DNA of 64,000 bases from Leucoraja ocellata (lineage: Eukaryota): contig JAWMAR010000009.1 of assembly GCA_036785375.1 (NCBI GenBank), positions 15,686,001-15,750,000 on the forward strand, given 5' to 3'. This document shows positions 1-10,220 of the stretch, one piece after another. Position 1 is the first letter of the stretch, and each line of letters begins with the position of its first letter. Position numbers and translations under genes: made by a program. Below the pieces are notes generated by a model. The model saw only the letters and a list, made by a program, of their open reading frames with translations, was not told where the DNA came from and did not search any database.

Positions 1-2223
1 GGGGCACCAGCCATCCCAGGAGATAGGGTACCAAGATAGGGTACCAAACGGCCAAATCTGCAATAATAAACGCATGCATGCAATAGACAGAGCAAAAGTG
101 TTCCAACAACCCATGCACCAGATCAAAGATCTGTGGTCCTGCCGTACCTAACTGGAAATTGTGAATGGCATTTAAACAGCTCATTAAAGGGAGAAGTTCA
201 AGAACATCCCCATTTTCAATGTGGGGACTGGCATGCAAGAGGTGGAAGCATTTGTAAACGTGTTCAAGCAGCAGATGATGTGGGCGATCCATCTTGGCTT
301 CCCCTTGAACGCCCCACCATTACACAAGTCATCCATCAGTTAATTTAATTCATTCCGCGCGACGTTGGAACGCTGAGCTTCGGAACTTGCAAATCCATGG
401 GATGAGTGAACATCCCTGCCGAGCCAGGCCTTCAGTCAAGCCTCTCCTGCAAGATGGCAGCAATGGCATTTACCTGACTGGGGTAAATTGCCCAGGTATG
501 TCTAATTACCACGCAATGAATCTACCAAGTGGAGGACAATGTCACCAACCGTGCTTTCAAGTGGCACTTACCTAGAACCTGTTCACAGTCCCAACGTTTT
601 GGTTTTACCAGAATGTCTGCTGTACCACAGTGTGAAGAAGGGTCTCGAACCGAAACATCACCCATTCATTCCTTCTCTCCAGAGATGCTGCCTCTCCCGA
701 TGAGTTACTCCAGCGGTTTGTGTCTACGCACTCGCCACAGCTCTGGTCCAAACATGGTCTTTGGCATTCAAGCAATATTCAACAGTGTAGTATCAAGGAG
801 CCGAACTAAAACAGAAGCATTCCATAAAAGTGGAAGCATTCCACTACGGAGTAATACGGCAAAGAAAATAGCTCTGAAGTTCAACCCAGTCCCAGGGTTC
901 AGCTGCAGGACATAATTGGGCAGAACCTTAATCCCACACATATTCAGCTGCATCACTGATGGTCTCCCTTGCGTCAGAAGTGGGGCTGTTTCCTGATGGT
1001 TACGCACGGTTCGATTCTACTTTCAGCCTCGCAGCAAATGAAGTAGCCAGAAACTGAATGAAACCCCAAGCCAAAAACAACATCTCACCACAGGGTTGGT
1101 TAGTAGTGAGTAACATTTGTGCCACAGATGTCTTTTGGACAGCTTCCAATAAGTGACGCTCCAACCATACGCGCCTGATATTCAATAATATTACTATGTC
1201 AGAGACCCACTGTCGGCATTTTGGGGATTCACCTTTGACGAACGCTCTACTAAAGCACTATGGCCGCAAGAGCAGTTCAAGGACTGTATATCCTACGATG
1301 AGTGGTCACCTTTTGACACCTTGATCCTGTTCTACTGTCGACAAGGAATGGAATCCTGTGCATTTGCCTAGATGAGTGCATTTCCAACAAGACTCAAGAA
1401 CGTCATCCAGGTCAAATCAGCCATTTCAAAAGGGCCACACAGTGATAGAGTTGCTGCCTGACTGCGCCAGAGACCCAGGTTCGATCCTGACAACAGGTGC
1501 TGTGTAGGCTTGTAGGCTAATTGGCTTTGGCAAAAATTGTAAATTATGTCTAATCTGTAGGGTAGTGCTAATGTATGTGGTGGTCGGCGCGGACTCGGGC
1601 CAAAGGGGCTGTTCCCGCGATGTTCTCCAAAATCTAAAAAGATGTTGGGGTTAAAATGCAGAGAAGGTCAATAGTCAAAATTGCAACCTTGGGAACCACA
1701 GTCCATGACACATAGACATTGTTGACTAAGATGGAGTTTCAGCAGCTTGACATTCACAATCGACTTTTGCCGGCGCGATTGTTATCTGGCTGTCGCAGCG
1801 TTACACAGAACGGCTCAGAAAACACAAAATTGCTTTCAGCGAACGGATCTAGCAGCAAAGCTACAATTCCAGCCAAGCATCGAGTGAGATTCCAATTACT
1901 TTCAATGTGATAAAGGCTGAGAAACACAAATGGCCTGTTTCTGCGCTGTCTAAACTAAACTAAACCAAACTAATAGTCCAAAATCATAAAGATCGTGAAA
2001 CAAAAATAGTAAGATTAAACGAGAACTTACCAGTTTGAAGTTTGATCTGTATTTTATGAGGAGTTACGATGAGGGATTACGTGAAGAAGCCCGCTTCCAC
2101 GCATGCGTGTCATACTTCAAAGCAGCGGTGTGAGGTCACAGGAACCTATAATGATCTAACATAGTAAGATTACCAAAGAGATACCAGTTTTTGATATGAT
2201 CATAAGAGGGTGGGAGCGGAGGG

Positions 2224-2336
2224 CACGTAATCCCTCATCGTAACTCCTCATAAAATACAGATCAAACTTCAAACTGGTAAGTTCTCGTTTAATCTTACTA
2301 TTTTACTTCGGAGTCACGTGAGTGACTACGTGAAGA
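2224..2336. repeat. DIRS internal complementary region (ICR)
   Basis: 2224-2304 is the exact reverse complement of 2003-2083. 2301-2336 is the exact reverse complement of 6681-6716. The overlap is TTTT. Confidence 0.95.
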
Positions 2337-2559
2337 TTTCAAAGCTCTGTGACCTCATGCCGTGGAACGAGTCCATGCTTCACAAACTGCCTTGGGTATT
2401 GGGAGAGAGCATCATTAGTAATTTTAAACACAATTATACAAAGAGTTGTGTGGTATAACGAAAAAATATATAACATTTTTTAAAAATTTGAGAATCATAG
2501 CCCTGTAACCTTTCGGGCAAATTATTTTGTTGAACATAAAATGTTTTCTTAATACAATG

Positions 2560-3240
2560 ATATAGTTTGAGTCATGACCCTTTCATGCGGTTTCTTGTAA
2601 GAGATAAACAACTCCATTCTCTGACCTCGAATGTTCTTAGTATATTCTATGTATTGTTAGATGTGTCTTGCTATACAGTCGTTTACCATATGGGTGTACC
2701 ATAAATTCAAACACTTGACCCGAGGAACCCGATCTGTTTTCTTTTATTAAATCCTGTATGACAACACCAGTTTCTCGGTGAGATGATCAGGGAGTCCAGG
2801 CTCAGTTTGCTTAATGGCTGGACTTGTTGTGCGGTAAATAACACCATGAGCATAACCATCTTCCTGGACTGTTACTGAAGTGACAACGCTGTTATGAGCT
2901 ACAGGCTCCTCAGCATGTTGAGAAACGACACCCACGTCCCAGATTTCGGAGTACCTGGTTTTCTTACCAGGGGTGCGTTTCCACCGCGTGCCGCTCCGTT
3001 CCTTGTGATAGGTAATTGGAGAGCGCACTTGTGGCACTATTGAAGGCAATGTAGCTCCATCGATTATCCTAATGGAGGCTTGTAAAAATTCCAATACGGC
3101 CAGAATGTTCTTGGCCTTTTGGTCGAGATTGTTGTCCAAGCAGTATATGCCCCATTTCTTGATGTGTCCAAGGTACTGCTTCCGTGTTGACAGTCTTAGT
3201 GCAGATGAGATGAGATTCATCGTCCTGTCTGACAGTGTAG
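2560..3240 (-). pseudogene. DIRS tyrosine recombinase remnant, catalytic C-terminus deleted
   Basis: ALRLSTRKQYLGHIKKW...VLEFL, RYSEIWDVGVV and LFISYKKPHERVMTQTIS motifs. Frameshifted. No HSTR...Y catalytic segment visible. Confidence 0.8.
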
Positions 3241-3269
3241 TGGGTCTGTTAGACTCTACAAATCAATAA

Positions 3270-4020
3270 ATCCATAGTGTTATGGCATGGATGACTGCCT
3301 CCAGTCACTGGATAAATCAATAATTTTTTGGCAATGTTCATAGGGAACATGGTTCTAACACCATCCCCTGTAAGACTGAAATACCATGATTGAGAAGGTC
3401 AGTCGGGTACTCTGAAAATTCCAGATGCCGAGTGTGGTTGAATTATCCCTAGTACCCCAATGATGGGTCCGAACGGGGGAAAACCTCACCCTATGGCTTA
3501 TTTACATAACAATGCCAAGCTGGTTTACGAATTTTAGTACATAATAATGGGGCTAATGATTGCCCCTTATGTAAGCTCTATATTGCCAAAGTTCCTCTAT
3601 TGAGTCAATGCCTGCCATATAGAAACCCACAACTGACACCAAGTCTATATCAATAATAAGAGCATCCATCTTAAAATGAATATCTAAAACAAATGTGTTT
3701 AGGGTTAAAATCAATGATAATCCTGCAACCCTACTCTATCTTATATTTAATAATATGTTCAATCCCATCTTTTGTGTACAATTCTTGTAGCACCATGTGG
3801 GTTTTAGATTGTTTGGTTTATGTAAGGACAAAATGCCCTTCTGGTGTATGATGTACTGTGGTTAATGGGATGAGAAAAACCCTATCAGATAACCCTGAAT
3901 ACTGCTGAGATTATATGAATCTGTAGTGATTATATACCATACATAACTGTAGTGTTGCAACCTCCCCTACCCTCGTAGGTCCCTATTTTAACAGAAGAAA
4001 ACCCCACCCACCTACCTCCC
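3270..4020 (-). pseudogene. DIRS RT and methyltransferase-like remnants, heavily deleted
   Basis: CRIIID..LNTFVLDIHFKMD...GFYMAGID (about 3605-3730) parallels the RT of the second DIRS. VPD*PSQSWY (about 3380-3410) resembles the DIRS MT-like domain. No YxDD seen. Confidence 0.65.
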
Positions 4021-5350
4021 TGGTTACCGGTGGTTTTGTTATTTCCTTGGTTTTTTGAAAATAAGGTTCTGGTTTAATATTTCTTGTTCGGGGTTGTGTG
4101 GGAGGTTGAGGCTTCCGCATCTTCCAGGGTGGCCGCCCTGGCCATACCCTAAAACGGATCCTGCAGGTTATATTGATTTCTGACCCTGCTACTGGTATGA
4201 GCCACATTTTTTATGGCCTTGCCTGTGGATGGTATCATGCTCCAAAATAGGCCCTTGCGCTGGCCTTGATGAGCCCCAGTGTCTTGGCTTAGTCCACACA
4301 CGGTTTTTATTTGCAAATGGTAGCATTTTTGGGGTCCTAGTGCTGGCTGAATGGCCGCCTTCCACGTGTAGTTCAGGTTATATTGCATATTATTAAACAG
4401 ATCTAGTGCGTCTTGATGGTCTTTGGTTACCTACGTTTAGTCCAGGGTGCTGGTGTGTGCTATGATGCCTTCCGTCAATCCCTTGAAGGTTCTCTGGATC
4501 TTGAGGTCCTGGTTCCTGATGTTCGTCCATATGCTGCCAAATGCATTGGTTTACACTGGGCACCTGTAATGCCTCACCGTTGCCAGGTGGCAGATGTCTG
4601 GCCAGTGTTTGTAAATTTTTCTTGTTGGCGTTTGTGGCCAGACATATAGTAATACTATTGCCATCCTGGATCCAAGTCTACCCATGTTTGACTTGGCTAA
4701 AGTAATCGGCCACCATGTCCAGCAGAGTCCCTGCTGTGTTAGGATCATGGGACGCTGTATTACCAGGCTCTGGCCCATCAGGGTCCTGCCTACTCTTTTT
4801 TATCGAGTTAGAGATCTCTAGGGTCCCACACGGGGTACCCATGTGGGGCTAAACTGCTGCCCACTTGTCTTTTGTTCTGCGGACCCCTCTTGCAGGTCAG
4901 CCCAGAACTGACCCACAGTGCTCCCCTCTGATGGGGTAAAAGCATTGTGCAGCCCTCAAAGAGGTACTGCTGTGGTTTTATCACGTTGGAGCAAGGCTCC
5001 ATACACCGCTTCTTCCCGCTCCAGCCCTCTCGGGCACTGGTTGCCGGCGGTTTTATGCAAAGTCGGACCCTTCCGAGTCCACTACCTTGTTTTATTTGTG
5101 TCTAGCCTACCGCTCGGTCACATGGATCTGGCCGGTGCGGGGCCGACATCGGGCACAGCTGATCCCACTACGGTTGATCCAAGTGCCGCTGGCTGCTGCT
5201 GGCTGCCCGCTGTTCCATGGTCCTCCTTCTCCAGTGTTGTCCTTCCTTCCGTGAAGTGGATATGGCCGGTGTGGAGGATAACTGGCACAGCTGCTTCCAT
5301 CTATTCCTTTAACCTGACTTCAACGCTCTCAGCACTCCTGGCTGCTCCTT
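4020..5350 (-). pseudogene. Eroded DIRS gag-like region
   Basis: WKAAIQPAL and PPWKMRKP segments parallel RKQIIRPA and TPWKMRHP in the gag of the second DIRS. Many stops and frameshifts. Confidence 0.55.
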
Positions 5351-5457
5351 TATCTTAGACCCCTGGGACCCACCCCCGTACTGACGGTACTGGTCCCTTA
5401 TGGTCGTTGCAGCCGGTCAACCCCACTCTAATGCCCTCAATTCTGGGCACTCCTACT

Positions 5458-5515
5458 TATATGGTCCTTAGATAAGGGACATATAAGACATTAAAACTGA
5501 TGATAACAGCTACTA
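5458..5515 (-). ncRNA. RNU2: Second, more diverged U2 fragment (about nt 34-90)
   Basis: TAGTAGCTGTTATCATCAGTTTTAATGTCTTATATGTCCCTTATCTAAGGACCATATA aligns to the U2 branch-point recognition region and stems IIa/IIb. Confidence 0.8.
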
Positions 5516-5527
5516 TAGTTTTTATAT

Positions 5528-5621
5528 AATATATATAGTCCCTAGATAAGGGGTGTATCAGATATTAAACTGATAAGAACAGATACTACACTTGATCTTA
5601 GCCAAAAAGCCGAGAAGCGAT
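5528..5621 (-). ncRNA. RNU2: U2 snRNA 5' fragment (nt 1 to about 92, no Sm site), pseudogene or captured copy
   Basis: ATCGCTTCTCGGCTTTTTGGCTAAGATCAAGTGTAGTATCTGTTCTTATCAGTTTAATATCTGATAC matches vertebrate U2 nt 1-67 with one mismatch. Followed by a stem IIb-like CCCTTATCTAGGG and TATATATTA. Confidence 0.93.
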
Positions 5622-5819
5622 TATTGTAACTAAAACCCCGCTGGGACCGATCCTGGTACTCACATACTGGTCCCTTGTAGTAGATTGCAGCCAGTCAACT
5701 GCAAAGTCCTTTGCTGCCGAGAAATGAACTTTCTCACCGTGCTGGAGCGAAGTTGGGCACAGGTGTTTTTCCCCCTCCGGGAATCGATGTGCCCATGCTG
5801 CTCCTGCCGTTGCCAGCTC

Positions 5820-5946
5820 CTCACGAAGTGCCAGCTGCCACTGCTGCTGTCTGTGCTACTGCAAACTGCCGGCTGCCACTGCTGCTGCCGCTGCCGCTGC
5901 TGCTGCCGGCTGCCACTGCTGCTGCCGCTGCTGCTGCTGCTGCCGC
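5820..5946. repeat. CTG/CCG (CAG/CGG) low-complexity triplet tract inside the DIRS leader
   Basis: gctgctgccgctgccgctgctgctgccggctgccactgctgctgcc... Confidence 0.85.
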
Positions 5947-6820
5947 TCCTCCGCGGTTCTCCCGCCGGCCTTCTGCACCTTACATGGACCTGGTCCATGT
6001 CTGCACCTAGAAAGGTAAGTTGAAGGAAACGCAGGGTCTCTTACCTGCTGTTCCCGACTTTCCTTCTCCCGCCGGTGACCGTCGTTCCCTGTGTCGGGTT
6101 CGAGCCGCTTGGACCGACCCCGGTGTTCACGGGCCTGGTCCTTCGCGGCAGTTCCGCAGCCGGTAACCCCGGCTGTTCCTATAGATCCCCTGGACCCTGG
6201 TGCTTACCTTGTGAACAAGGTTTTCAGCCCGAACGTCCCGTTCCGACTCCATAAGTGCCGCTGCACTCGCTGAGCGTTTCGAGCCCCGGTACCGCTGGTC
6301 CGAGCTGTCTGTCCCGCAGCCTCTGTGCTGGCTGCTAGCGACTGGTCCCAAGCCAGTCTCGTTTGAGACTGGCATAGGGACCTTTTTTACTTTGCTTCCC
6401 GCCCGGCCGAGAGGTGAATTTTGCCGGTGCGGGAGCAAAGTCGGGCTCAGGTTGTTCCCCTCCAGGGAAACTCGTGCTGTTGCTGCTGCTGGCTGCTCGC
6501 CCTCCACGGGTCTCCCCGCCAGCTTTCCGCAGCCACCTAAAAGTAAGTAGTAAAAAGGAACGCAGAGTCTCTTACCTGCTGTTCCCGACTTTCAAATCTC
6601 CCGCTTGGGGAACGCCGTTCCCCCTGTGTGACTCGTTGCAATGCGTGTAGCGATATGACACGCATGCGTGGAAGCGGGCTTCTTCACGTAGTCACTCACG
6701 TGACTCCGAAGTAAAATGCACAGTTTTGGTGAAGAAGAGCAAGGTCATCTGCATCTGTCAGTGACATATTGTGTGTGAATAGACAAATGCTTTGGAATAA
6801 CCCTTGCCCTGCTTCTGCTT

Positions 6821-7122
6821 TTAGTTTAGTTATACAGCACGGAAACAGGCCCTTCGTCCGCACCGACCTGCGAACCCCGCACACTAACACCATTCCACAC
6901 ACACTTGGGACAATATTTACATTTACCAAGCCAATTAACCCACATACCTGTACATCTTTGGAGTGTGGGAGGAAACCGAAGATCTCGGAAAAAACCCACG
7001 CGCTCAAGGGGAGAACGTACAAACTCCGCACGGACAGCACCTGTAGTCAGGATCGAACCGGGGTCTCCGGCGCTGCAAGCGCTGTAAGGCAGCAACTCTA
7101 CCGCTGTTCCACCGTGCTGCCC
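6821..7122 (-). mobile_element. tRNA-derived V-SINE (HE1-like)
   Basis: A-box GGTGGAACAGCGG, B-box GGTTCGATCC, V-domain GGAGTTTGTACGTTCTCCCC...GGTTTCCTCCCACACTCCAAAGA, CR1-like tail and (TAAAC)n end. Confidence 0.85.
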
Positions 7123-8082
7123 TAAAGCTCTTAGAGGCATGTGCTCTAAGTTCTACACCTCTGATTGCATCATATCAAATCTTTATCTGTTGGTGAAGCT
7201 CATTTTGGTTCACAGCAAAAGGCTGATTGCATTTCAAGTGATATCATGTATGAATTGTTTTCTACAAATATTTTGAACATGGCTAATCCACTGAAAATAA
7301 TGAGACTGCTACTTGTAAATGTAAAAGACCAATTCTGGGAGCAGAGTCTAGCTATTTCAGTGTAGGAAGGAACTGCAGATGCCAGTTTACACCAAAGGTA
7401 GACACAAAATTCTGGAGTAAATCAGCAGGTCAGGCGGATTGGTGACGTTTCGAGTCGGAACCCTTCTTCAGACTGGAACCTTTTCTCCAGAGATGCTGCC
7501 TGATGCGCTGAGTTACTCCAGCAGTTAGTGAACCTTCTGAATTTTGTAGTCGGCAGGGCAGTGCTCTGTATATCGCCAACTTGGTCAATTTAACATTTTT
7601 ATTAAGCCAATTAATCAGGCCAATTAACCTACAAACCTGTACCTCTTTGGAGTGTGGGAGGAAACCGAAGATCTTGGAGAAAACCCACGGGGAGAACGTA
7701 CAAACTCCATACAGACAGCACCCGTAGTCGGGATCGAACCCGGGTCTCTAGCGCTGCATTTTGCTGTAAGGCAGCAACTCTACCGCTGTGCCACCGTGAC
7801 TGCCCTCTTCTAACCGTGTGTCTCTCTTCTAACTATTTCGATATGAATAACACTTCAAGAGGGATATGTTATTCTTATGCAGATGCCAATGGTGTCTTTC
7901 TCTAGTTGGCTCCGTACATAGTGCTCTTACTTCTGAATCGAAGGTTCTGCGTTCAAATCCCATTCTAGCAGGGCAGTCTGACGGTAGCGCAGAAGTGAGC
8001 GAGAGCGATGTTGTTGGCGAAATCAACCCTGGGACACGGGGGTTGCCTTGCCCGTGTTTACAGGTGGAAACTGATGAACAAG

Positions 8083-8330
8083 AGGCGGCACAGTGGCGCA
8101 GCAGTAGAGTTGCTGCCTGACATCACCAGAGACCCAGGTTCGATCCTGACCACGGGTGCTGTTTGACCGTGGATTTTCTCGTTCCCTCCCACATTCCAAA
8201 GGCACGTGGGTTTGTAGGTTAATTGGCTTCTGTAAATGATGCCCTGTGTGTAGGATACAGCTAGTGTACGGATGAACGTGGGTCGGCGTGGAGTGCCAAT
8301 GGGTCTGTTTCCACACTGTGTCTCCAAATT
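8083..8330 (+). mobile_element. V-SINE
   Basis: tRNA head ggcggcacagtggcgcagcagtagag...ggttcgatcc, partial V domain and tail. Related partial copies at about 1435-1640 and 7600-7805. Confidence 0.8.
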
Positions 8331-9639
8331 AAGCTATGCAAATACTAATATTTAAAGACGGCCGGATTGTTATTCTGCCCGACATTCTTTCTGCAGCTGT
8401 AAATATATTAGGTTTTACTATTTGTGGTAATTCACCATGCAAGATGTCTGCCAAATATGCTTATGAAGCAATAATAACCTGGCTCAGTAATTACTTGTAT
8501 GTGACAAAGTTGAGGTTGAATGTCGAGCACGCAACATCAAGCTCTGTTGTTTTGTGACATTTGATAAGAAAAGTTCTTTTTCTGTCAAGATTTATTTGCC
8601 AGGAGAAGCTCTCACTCAGTCCCTTCCCTTTGGGAGAAAAGATGAATACATTCATTCCTCTTGTCGTCTGCGCCAAGACGAGAGTGGAGAAAGTAAAGTT
8701 CTTTCACAGAAGACTTGAGAAAAGAAACATGATCGTTTTAATCAGCCTGCAGAAGGATTGTTTTGGTGGGTTCACAAAACTGCAGCAGCATGTTTTGCTG
8801 AATGAAAAAGTAAAAAATAAGATTCTTTTCAGTGACTTAATCTCTTGTGGAGCTGAAAGGGAGACATTCCTTTGGCTTACAGTGTCTTTCAGTGATTTTC
8901 TTTGGGGCAAAATTGCTTTTAAAGCTGCAATTGGCGGATTTACAAACGCTAAAGGTTCTTGGCAAGCACCTCCGCAACCATGTGGGTTGAGTGGAGGAGC
9001 AAAGGCTTTTTTTCAAAATATTAAACATTCAAAAGTGATTTTTTGATCTCAAATGTGCTAAATGGTGCAGTTACTTAAGGAGTGGAGGCAAACGTGTAAC
9101 AGCAAAGACTTTAAAACAAGAACGTGAAAAAGTTATTTGTATTTTCCTTGATTATGTGGCATGACTTCAGAGTCTAATGTCTCTGCGTTTCAGTGCTGGC
9201 ACAATTCTCAAACTATGCTGCCAAAACGCTTCAGCAAAAGTTATGCAATGAAAACTGTTAGAGACTTATGTAATTGGGACAAACTAATGCTTTTTAACAA
9301 TGATAAATGTTTGGTTAGTTTATAACAAAATCCACATTCAGTTATTAACTTAATGGTGTATAACCTGAACTGGTTTATGGTACAAATTGTGCCAAACTTC
9401 CAATGGTTATATGTTAGGATTCTATTATATTCAGCGTTTTGTTAACACTGGTACACTAATGTTACCCAGTCATGTGACTCTAGACCCACCATTGGAGTTG
9501 AGTCTTGACTGCCTTCTGAATTTGCCTCACAAGCCAGCAGTTACGTCTAGCAGCTTTGCGTTCCCCCGATGGTTTAGGGAAGGTCCTATTTCACTAGGGT
9601 TGCTCACACTTCCAAACTAAAGAAAGCATAGGCCCATAA

Positions 9640-10220
9640 AAGACACAATTTGCTGGAGTAAACTCAGCGGATCAGGCAGCATCTCTGGAGAAAATGGATG
9701 GGGGGCGTTTTGGGTCATGGCCTTTCTTCAGCCTGATTGTGGTGTGGGGCTGGGGGAGGGGACACAAAGTAATAGATGAATGCAGGCAAGGTTTTTTTTT
9801 TGATTGCCAAATGGTTGGACTAAGACCCGAGATGAACAGACAAGAAGTGTGAGATAAGGAGCGAAAGATATGTGAAGCCAGAGAAAGGAATATAGGGAGG
9901 AGAAAGATGGGGAAAGGGAGAAATGGTACACATCCAGGTGGGGCACAGGCAAGTGAGGTGGAAAAGTGGGTGGGGGGGGGGGGGGGGGTAGAAGGTATGG
10001 GATGATGTGACTGGTAGTGAGATCATATTATAGGTGACAGAAATGTCGGCAGATGATATGTTGGATACGGAGGCTGGTGGGGTGAAAGGTAAAGAGGGGG
10101 GAGCTTTGTTCCATCTGAGAGGAGGGGGAGCGAGCGCGGAGCTACGGGGCGCAGAGGAGATGCTGCCTGGCCCGCTTGGTTACTCCAGCACTTTGTGTCT
10201 TTTTGTGCTAAACCAGCCTG
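9640..10220 (-). mobile_element. Penelope-like element fragment with pLTR sequence
   Basis: pLTR motif gacacaa..tgctggagtaa.ctcagcgg.tcaggcagcatctctggag followed by a purine-rich segment. Related longer fragments at about 15160-15470, 18650-18890 and 47545-47825. Confidence 0.6.

Larger units (their letters stand above)
2003..6716 (-). mobile_element. Full-length, probably non-autonomous DIRS1-type tyrosine-recombinase retrotransposon carrying a U2 snRNA fragment
   Basis: 37-bp perfect inverted repeat 2078-2114/6654-6690. ICR at 2224-2336 is complementary to both outer ends, joined at TTTT. Eroded gag, RT, methyltransferase-like and YR remnants lie in DIRS order. Confidence 0.92.

Noticed and set aside
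1-1430. Ancient LINE or transposase relic at the window start
   Set aside because: It looks decayed-coding, but I could not identify a diagnostic motif.
2041-2120. Hammerhead ribozyme in the DIRS terminus (CGATGAG...GAAG)
   Set aside because: Lacks the CUGANGA and GAAA cores with proper stems.
5528-5621. Functional U2 snRNA gene
   Set aside because: No Sm site, no stems III/IV, no recognisable PSE or 3' box, and it is embedded in a DIRS element.
5660-6023. Overlapping ORFs with poly-S/Q/C/A runs as host genes
   Set aside because: They arise from a GC-rich triplet tract in the DIRS leader.
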